A stretch of DNA of 64,000 nt from Chloroflexota bacterium (GTDB taxonomy: Bacteria; Chloroflexota; Limnocylindria; Limnocylindrales; CSP1-4). The notes beneath the pieces are model-generated. The model was given only the letters and a program-made list of their open reading frames with translations, was not told the origin of the DNA and ran no database searches. This document shows positions 56,136 through 64,000 of this stretch, in pieces (the stretch's first letter is position 1; every line of letters starts with the position of its first letter). The DNA lies in contig PLLE01000038.1 in the NCBI GenBank assembly GCA_003141245.1, forward strand, positions 3,541-67,540, written 5' to 3'. A program made the translations under genes and the position numbers.

Positions 56136-57016
56136 GGTTTGCCGCCGAGGTCCGGGCGCGAGCGCGTCGGCTTCTTGGGGGCGAGCTTCCTGGCGTCCGC
56201 CGGCTTCGGGGTGTCGACGCGGCGGACCGTGCTGGCCCGGGGCCTGCGCCTGACGGGCTCTGCCGGGGTCGGGATGAACCATTCGTATGGCTCTTCGATC
56301 TCGGCCGAAGCGATCGTTCGAGCCGGCGCGCTCGCGTCGCTGGGCCGGGGCTGGGCCGCGGCCGCCTTCTCCGGCGCCCGTCGGGCCGGGATCCGAGCGG
56401 GCGCTTCCTCGGCTCCCGCCGTCTCGACCGAGTCGACCGGGACGACCGTCTCGCTCGCGAGCTCGGACTGCGGAACGAGCAGGCTCGTGGCTCCGGCGAT
56501 GCCGATCAAGAGAGCGGCCATCGCGAGCTGCTCGAGCGGAGGCGTGGGCCCGGACCAGGCCGTAACCATCAATGAGCAGCCCAGGGTCAGGAGCGTCACC
56601 CCGACGCCCAACCGGAAGACGTCGCGCCCCGCCAGCGGCACGACCGCCAGCGCGATCAGAGCGAGACCGGAGGCCTGGGCAACGACCGGGCCTGCAAGCG
56701 GATCGACCGGCCTGATAGTCAAGCCGACCCCGAACGCGGCCGCGGCGGCCGCCCCTTCGGCTATGGGGCCGACTGCCGATCCCGCGCTCTTGACCCACCC
56801 TGATCCGGCGGCTGCCCAGAGGAGATACGCGGCCAGAAGCGCGCCCAGGATTCGCGCCGTCACGGCAAGGGACGATGGCAGGGGCGAGGCGACGAGCGAT
56901 GCCGCCACGGCCGCGAGCATCAGACCGAGGATGACGATCCGCCCATCTCGGGGGGTAACCGCCACAACGCCGCCCAGCACGACCGCCACGGCCGCGAGGA
57001 CCGCCGTATCGATCAC
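56132..57016 (-). CDS. polytopic membrane protein with a basic Pro/Ala-rich C-terminal tail, coupled to the NuoN-like gene
   Basis: 294 aa with about 6 TM, then a hydrophilic tail. GTG start at 57016. No family recognised. Confidence 0.5.
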   Translation of the reverse strand: MIDTAVLAAVAVVLGGVVAVTPRDGRIVILGLMLAAVAASLVASPLPSSLAVTARILGALLAAYLLWAAAGSGWVKSAGSAVGPIAEGAAAAAAFGVGLTIRPVDPLAGPVVAQASGLALIALAVVPLAGRDVFRLGVGVTLLTLGCSLMVTAWSGPTPPLEQLAMAALLIGIAGATSLLVPQSELASETVVPVDSVETAGAEEAPARIPARRAPEKAAAAQPRPSDASAPARTIASAEIEEPYEWFIPTPAEPVRRRPRASTVRRVDTPKPADARKLAPKKPTRSRPDLGGKP

Positions 57017-57056
57017 GTCGCCTCGGCGGCGCGGGCTTTCGGAGCGCGCCGAGCTT

Positions 57057-57272
57057 TCATCGGGTCCTGGTCGGGACCGCCGTCGGGGGCGCGGTCTCCG
57101 TCGAGGTCGCTGGCCACGCCGAGACGCGCTTGACGTGGGGAGTGTCAGCCGCGTCGTGGGCCCAGTTGGCGGGCGGGCTGAAGACGACGATGTCGTCTTG
57201 GTGGTAGTCGTCGAAGCGCGGAGTCAGCTTGTCCACGAGAACGTACTGGTTGGGGGTCAGCGTGTTCTCCAT
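57057..57272 (-). pseudogene. signal peptidase I (S26) remnant
   Basis: MENTL...YVLVDKL...DDIVVF...HVKRV aligns with SPase I boxes B-D. Arg replaces the nucleophile Ser before MENTL. No room remains for the N-terminal TM, and the C-terminal ~100 aa are missing. Confidence 0.45.
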
Positions 57273-57361
57273 CCGAAGAGGCAGCCCAGCATGCGCCGGT
57301 TCACAAGTCCGCGAGTATAGGGGCTGTGCTATCGTCCTGCCCTGTGGAAGTTCAGAACCGA

Positions 57362-59431
57362 ATGGGCTGGCTGAAGAGCGGTCGATTTCTCCGACGCCTG
57401 GCGCCGATCGCCGGCCTTGCCCTCGTGGTCGCGGTCATCTACAACGCGACCACCGTCGATCGGGTTCCCCCCAGTTTTCAGATCAAGCTGAGCGAGACCG
57501 CCCCCGACGGAAGGCTCGCCCTCACGCTCACGTCCATCGACGTCGTTTTCAGCAAGGAAGTCCGGCACGACACGGCCGAGTCGGCCTTCTCCATCACCCC
57601 GTTCGTGGCCGGCTCCAAACACTGGCAGGGCAACATCCTGATATTCACGCCGTCGGAGAAGCTGCCTCTTTCGGCCACCTTCAAGATTCACATCGCAGCC
57701 GGGGTCCAGGATCTGGTCGGCAACAGCCAGGGCGACACGGGCGACATGACCTTCACAACGGTCGGGGCGCCGATCGTCAAATCGGTCTCGCCGGACAATC
57801 AAGCGGAGTCCGTCGCGGTCAACACCACCATCCGGATCACCTTCGAGCGGCTGATGGACACGCAGAAGGTCCTGGCCAGCCTGAGCATCGAGCCCGACGT
57901 TCCGTATACCTCGACCTGGAACGGGCCGGTCCTGACCATCACGCCCAACCACCCCCTCTCCTTCTCGACGACCTACTCCGTGAAGATCGGAGATCAGGCG
58001 GTCGACACCGACGGAACGCGGCTCGCGCCATATATGACCACTTTCAAGACCATCGAAATGGGCCTGCGGGTGAGCGCGCTGATCCCCGCGCCGAATGTCG
58101 CCGGCGTCAGCGTGCGGACGCCGATCGCGGTTTTCTTCGACGGGCCGATCGACCCCTCGTCGGTCTCGGGGGCGATCCATCTGACGCCCCCGGTCAGCGG
58201 CACGACCAACGTCGTGACCCTGCCAGACGATCGTGAGGCGTCGGTCTCGCCATCCGCTTCGACCTCGCCCTCGCCGACGGCCTCTTCCGCCGCCTCAAAT
58301 GCCAACCGCGTCCTCGTCTTCACTCCCGATCAGCCGCTCGCTGCCCACACGACCTACGCGGTCGCGATGAGCCCGAGCGTGCGTCGCACCGACGGCCAGG
58401 CGACCTCCGAGCAGTCGTGGACCTTTACCACCGGCGAGCCGCCAGTGAACGCCCTGAACCAGATCGTCTTCCTGTCCGACCGGGGCGGGGTGGCCAACGT
58501 CTGGCTCATGAATCCAGATGGGTCGAACCAGCGCCAGGTCACCGCCGAGCTCGTCCCGGTGAGCGGCTTCGACGTGAGCGGCGACGGCAACACCATTGCC
58601 TACGGAGCCGGCGGCGTCGTCAAGCGGATGGGGATAGGCGGCGACAATCTGCAGACTCTCACGGCCAACGGGTCGTTCGAATACGCACCCGCGTTCATCC
58701 CGGACGGTACGGCATTGGTGGTCGGACGGCGCGACTCGCGGGGGGCGGACCAGGGCTACTGGCGAATCCCCCTCGTCTCCGGAGCGGACCAGAAGCAGGT
58801 CGTGCCGAGCGGAGCGCCGGGCCTCGGCAGCGTTGCGCTCGGAGGCGAAGGCCTGACGGGTACAGCAGGCGAGCCGGCGTGGGCTCCCCGGGCGGCCTTC
58901 AGCGCGGACGGGACTTCGATGCTCGTTGTGCTGGGCTCCGACAACACGGTCGAGCTCGTGGATATGACCGGGGCACGCCAGCCGGTGAAGCTGAGCCTGG
59001 CGGGCAACTCGCGGCCGGTCTGGGATCTGATCGACAACGCCTTCTACGTCGCCGCAACGCCCGATCAGGGACTGATCTGGTCGTACTGGCGCGTCTCGGT
59101 GAGCGGCGCGACGATCCGAATTGGGCCGGCCGCGGGCGATCTCACGACCTCCCTCGACGGCCGCATGGCCTTCACGGTCCTCGCCGCCGACGGGTCGACG
59201 CACCTGGCGTTCACTGCGTCTGCGGCCAATGGCAACGTGGGCTTGCTCACAAACGATCCGACGTGGAGCGAGTTTTCGCCTTCGTTCTCGCCCGACGGTT
59301 CGACGATCGTCTTCGGGCGCTTCGGTGCCGCGAGTCCGACCGCCTCGGCCGGCATCTGGATCATCCGACCGGACGGCACAGAACTCACGAATCTGGCCAT
59401 CGACGGTGCCTATCCGCGCTGGCTCCCTTGA
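57362..59431 (+). CDS. membrane-anchored protein with tandem Ig-like (SbsA/Big_5-like) domains and a TolB-like beta-propeller
   Basis: N-terminal TM, four Ig-like repeats of about 90 aa (for example VDVVFSKEV...FTPSEKLPLSATF), then PD40-like repeats (IVFLSDRGGVANVWLMNPDGSNQRQVT). Confidence 0.7.
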   Translation: MGWLKSGRFLRRLAPIAGLALVVAVIYNATTVDRVPPSFQIKLSETAPDGRLALTLTSIDVVFSKEVRHDTAESAFSITPFVAGSKHWQGNILIFTPSEKLPLSATFKIHIAAGVQDLVGNSQGDTGDMTFTTVGAPIVKSVSPDNQAESVAVNTTIRITFERLMDTQKVLASLSIEPDVPYTSTWNGPVLTITPNHPLSFSTTYSVKIGDQAVDTDGTRLAPYMTTFKTIEMGLRVSALIPAPNVAGVSVRTPIAVFFDGPIDPSSVSGAIHLTPPVSGTTNVVTLPDDREASVSPSASTSPSPTASSAASNANRVLVFTPDQPLAAHTTYAVAMSPSVRRTDGQATSEQSWTFTTGEPPVNALNQIVFLSDRGGVANVWLMNPDGSNQRQVTAELVPVSGFDVSGDGNTIAYGAGGVVKRMGIGGDNLQTLTANGSFEYAPAFIPDGTALVVGRRDSRGADQGYWRIPLVSGADQKQVVPSGAPGLGSVALGGEGLTGTAGEPAWAPRAAFSADGTSMLVVLGSDNTVELVDMTGARQPVKLSLAGNSRPVWDLIDNAFYVAATPDQGLIWSYWRVSVSGATIRIGPAAGDLTTSLDGRMAFTVLAADGSTHLAFTASAANGNVGLLTNDPTWSEFSPSFSPDGSTIVFGRFGAASPTASAGIWIIRPDGTELTNLAIDGAYPRWLP

Positions 59432-59467
59432 GCCCGGATCCACCGATCGCCGCTTGCATCTCGCTCG
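59431..59467. repeat. 37-bp dispersed repeat, copy 2
   Basis: See 11533-11569. It begins at the last base of the stop codon of the upstream gene. Confidence 0.85.
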
Positions 59468-59725
59468 TCGCCCCCTTGGTGTGCGCTCGGCGCGTCATCT
59501 GCCCGGGCCAAACGGCCCCAGCCGTCGGGACCAACCGCCCCGCCTCGGCCGCCTCGGATGCATAGTCGAGGGGCTTTCCGTCGTTTGACCCCCGCTTTGG
59601 GCCGTTGATACACTCCCCGCGGCCCGTATATGCATCTCATCATCGAATCCGGGTCTAGCCTCAGGTAGCGCGCCGTCCCGCCGCGCTCCGCCCGTGCCCT
59701 CTAGAGAAGGAGCCGCTCGCCCCCC

Positions 59726-61921
<2,196 letters not shown>

Positions 61922-61934
61922 TCGGATTGCGTCC

Positions 61935-61969
61935 AGTGGGCCGGCGATCCTACCGATCGCCGGCCCACT
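61935..61969 (+). terminator. terminator-like hairpin after hppA
   Basis: agtgggccggcgatc-ctacc-gatcgccggcccact forms a perfect 15-bp stem. No T tract follows. Confidence 0.55.
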
Positions 61970-62064
61970 AGCATTCGACGCCGCGGCCGAGGGCAGCCCG
62001 GTCAGGTCCATGCCAGCGCGCCAGTCGGCGCATCTCGTGGGCCAATACTCGGAGGACGCGTCCC

Positions 62065-62913
62065 ATGGACCTCTCGATCATCCAGGCGCTGGTGATGGGT
62101 CTGACCCAGGGGCTCACGGAGTTCATCCCGGTCTCCAGCTCGGGTCACCTCATCCTCGTGCCGTGGTTGTTCGGGTGGCCCGTCAAGGACACCTTCCTCG
62201 GATCGCTGGAATTCAGTGTCATCCTGCATATGGGCACGCTGCTGGCCCTCCTCGTCTACTTCTGGCGTGACTGGCTGAAGATCATTCCGGCCGGGTTGGC
62301 CACCATCCGGGATCGGTCGTTCAAGGGCGACCCGGACCGCAAGATGGCCTGGCTCCTCGTCGTCGCCACTATTCCGGCCGTCGCCGTGGGGCCGCTTCTC
62401 ACCGGTCCAATCGAGGACGCCGTTCGCGACCCCGGCCTCGTGGCCTTGATGCTATGCGTCGGGGGCGCGATCCTGTGGTTGGCCGATCGCTGGGGCACCA
62501 AGACTCGCGAGATGGACACGATCACCTTCCGCGGCTCGCTCGGCATCGGCCTTGCCCAGGTGTTCGCCCTCGTCCCGGGCATCAGCCGTTCAGGCATCAG
62601 CATTTCGGCCGGGCTCTTCGGTGGCCTGACCCGCGAGGCGGCGGCGCGCTTCAGCTTCCTGATGGCAACGCCGGTCGTGGCGGGCGCAGGGCTCTGGGAA
62701 GCCCGCAAGCTGCTGAGCCACGATCCGGCCGCACCCAATCCTGAGACGAAGCTGGTCGTCATCGGCTTCATCACCGCGGCGGTCTCCGGCCTGCTGGCGA
62801 TCCGCTTCATGCTCGCTTTCCTGCGGCGCCAACCGGTGACGTTGTTCGTGGTGTATCGCGTTCTGCTGGCAGCCGCGGTCTTCGTCGTTCTGCTCTCACC
62901 CCACGGCTCATGA
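62065..62913 (+). CDS. uppP: undecaprenyl-diphosphate phosphatase
   Basis: GLTEFIPVSSSGHLIL and GISRSG motifs, with 8 TM. Confidence 0.9.
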   Translation: MDLSIIQALVMGLTQGLTEFIPVSSSGHLILVPWLFGWPVKDTFLGSLEFSVILHMGTLLALLVYFWRDWLKIIPAGLATIRDRSFKGDPDRKMAWLLVVATIPAVAVGPLLTGPIEDAVRDPGLVALMLCVGGAILWLADRWGTKTREMDTITFRGSLGIGLAQVFALVPGISRSGISISAGLFGGLTREAAARFSFLMATPVVAGAGLWEARKLLSHDPAAPNPETKLVVIGFITAAVSGLLAIRFMLAFLRRQPVTLFVVYRVLLAAAVFVVLLSPHGS

Positions 62914-62962
62914 GAGGGATGGCCCTGATGCTGGAAGTCAGCCTGGCGAGGCCGGCGGCGCG

Positions 62963-63427
62963 ATGGAAGTGATGAAGCAGCTCCGGCAGCGCGAGATCCG
63001 CGACCTGCTTGGGCAGCGACCGATCCGAACGCAGCAGGAGCTGGCGGCAGCGCTACGGGACCGAGGATTCCGCGCGACCCAGGCCACTATCAGCAGGGAC
63101 GTCGCGGAACTGGGCCTGATCAAGTCGAACCAGGAGGGGGTGCAGTCCTACATCGTGCCAGCCCGGGTCACCGAGGCGGAGAGCACCGGCGAGGAACGGC
63201 TCCGAGCCCTTCTGCACGATCTGCCGGTCGAGATCCGCGAGGCGGGCTTGATGCTCGTGCTCAGGACGCTCCCCGGATCGGCGCATGCCATCGCTGCGGC
63301 TCTGGACCGGACTCGCTGGCCGGAGGTGGTCGGCAGCATCGCCGGCGACGACACGCTCTTCGTCGCCTTCGCCGATCGGACGTCCCTGCAGCGAATTCGG
63401 GGTCGGCTGGCCCAGCTCGGCAGCTAG
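62963..63427 (+). CDS. argR: arginine repressor
   Basis: Winged-helix N-terminus (IRTQQELAAALRDRGFRATQATISRDVAELGL) and C-terminal oligomerisation domain (GSIAGDDTLFV). Confidence 0.85.
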   Translation: MEVMKQLRQREIRDLLGQRPIRTQQELAAALRDRGFRATQATISRDVAELGLIKSNQEGVQSYIVPARVTEAESTGEERLRALLHDLPVEIREAGLMLVLRTLPGSAHAIAAALDRTRWPEVVGSIAGDDTLFVAFADRTSLQRIRGRLAQLGS

Positions 63428-63527
63428 GGCGGCGCGGCGATCCCGTCGATCTCGGCGCGTCCGGAGGCGTTGGCCCGGGACGTGGACCGGTCCCGGCGCT
63501 GACGTCGCGGCACGAGGCTTCACGGCT

Positions 63528-63556
63528 TTGACATGGCGGAGGGCGGCGACTAGGAT
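63528..63556 (+). promoter_or_regulatory. candidate sigma-70-type promoter upstream of greA
   Basis: TTGACA (63528-63533), a 17-nt spacer, then TAGGAT (63551-63556). Confidence 0.4.
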
Positions 63557-63567
63557 ACGCGCCGGCC

Positions 63568-63612
63568 GAACTTCAGGACACCGAGACGGTGACGCCTGAA
63601 GTTCTTTTCCTT
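63568..63612 (+). terminator. intrinsic-terminator-like hairpin plus T tract in the greA leader (or a distal argR terminator)
   Basis: gaacttcagg...cctgaagttc forms a perfect 10-bp stem with an inner caccg/cggtg stem, followed by ttttcctt. It lies 60 nt before the greA GTG. Confidence 0.6.
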
Positions 63613-63672
63613 ATCCCGGGCCCAACAGGTCCGATTCAGGGTCGGATTCGACGAGAACGGAGCCCCTCGGCG

Positions 63673-64000
63673 GTGAACAACAAGACTCAATACGTTTCGG
63701 AAGAGGGCCTGACCAAGCTCCGAGCGGAGCTCAAAGAGCTGGTCAATGTCCGCCGAGCCGAGATCGCCCAGCGCATCCACGATGCCAAGGAGCACGGCGA
63801 CCTGGCCGAGAACGCCGAGTACGAGGACGCCAAGAACGAGCAGGCCTTCGTCGAGGGTTCGATTCAGCGACTCGAAGCGCTCGTCAAGAACGCAACAATC
63901 ATCGACGGCAATCACGGCACGGACCACGTCCAGATCGGTTCGACGGTGAAAGTGGACGGCTCAGACGGACCGGAGCAGTTCACGATCGTGGGCTCGACCG
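63673..64000 (+). CDS. greA: transcription elongation factor GreA, N-terminal part; 3' end lies outside the window
   Basis: GTG at 63673. The translation VNNKTQYVSEEGLTKLRAELKELVNVRRAEIAQRIHDAKEHGDLAENAEYEDAKNEQAF contains the GreA signature GDLxENAEY. The frame is open to the window end. Confidence 0.85.
   Translation, partial: MNNKTQYVSEEGLTKLRAELKELVNVRRAEIAQRIHDAKEHGDLAENAEYEDAKNEQAFVEGSIQRLEALVKNATIIDGNHGTDHVQIGSTVKVDGSDGPEQFTIVGST

Noticed and set aside
54357-56798. 813-aa version of the NuoN-like ORF
   Set aside because: The N-terminal 221 residues overlap the upstream membrane-protein gene in another frame and are Arg/Gly-rich. The internal ATG at 56135 with ATGA coupling gives a sensible TM-protein start.

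Overview
High-GC (about 65-70% by eye, not computed) bacterial chromosomal segment. F420-type enzymes, Ku, Lhr, GT87/DUF2029-like membrane proteins, DUF4349 and an H+-pyrophosphatase suggest Actinomycetota or Chloroflexota-like Terrabacteria, but I cannot place it more precisely. About 55 protein genes can be supported. Recognisable housekeeping genes are a translationally coupled coaX-coaBC-panB-panC operon, gdh, ndk, hppA, uppP, argR, greA (3' end cut by the window), lhr, ku, bioY, an NCS2 purine permease and an M16 peptidase. Accessory genes include a MacB-type ABC pair, an ECF sigma/anti-sigma pair, MerR plus MFS, several GNATs, three GT87-like paralogs and two DUF4349 paralogs. There is one tRNA (His, GUG). 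I found no rRNA, no CRISPR array and no intact IS or transposase. A decayed roughly 4.4 kb integrated islet lies at the 3' end of tRNA-His, flanked by 103-bp imperfect direct repeats, with a truncated integrase and a broken HTH gene. I did not find a clear, complete multi-gene novel system. The most interesting leads are: (1) ku next to a coiled-coil protein with a PD-(D/E)xK-like motif and no recognisable ligD nearby; (2) an AcuC-type deacetylase fused to a GNAT domain, preceded by about 7.5 tandem 23/24-bp hairpin repeats in a repeat-dense divergent intergenic region; (3) a zinc-ribbon/TM-anchored protein with a papain/C39-like Cys-His-Asp pattern; (4) a divergent orphan NuoN/MrpD-like membrane pair; (5) a promoter plus intrinsic-terminator leader upstream of greA. 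All family calls come from motif recognition in the supplied translations. No database search was run. Many long ORFs in the track are high-GC antisense or out-of-frame artefacts and were discarded.
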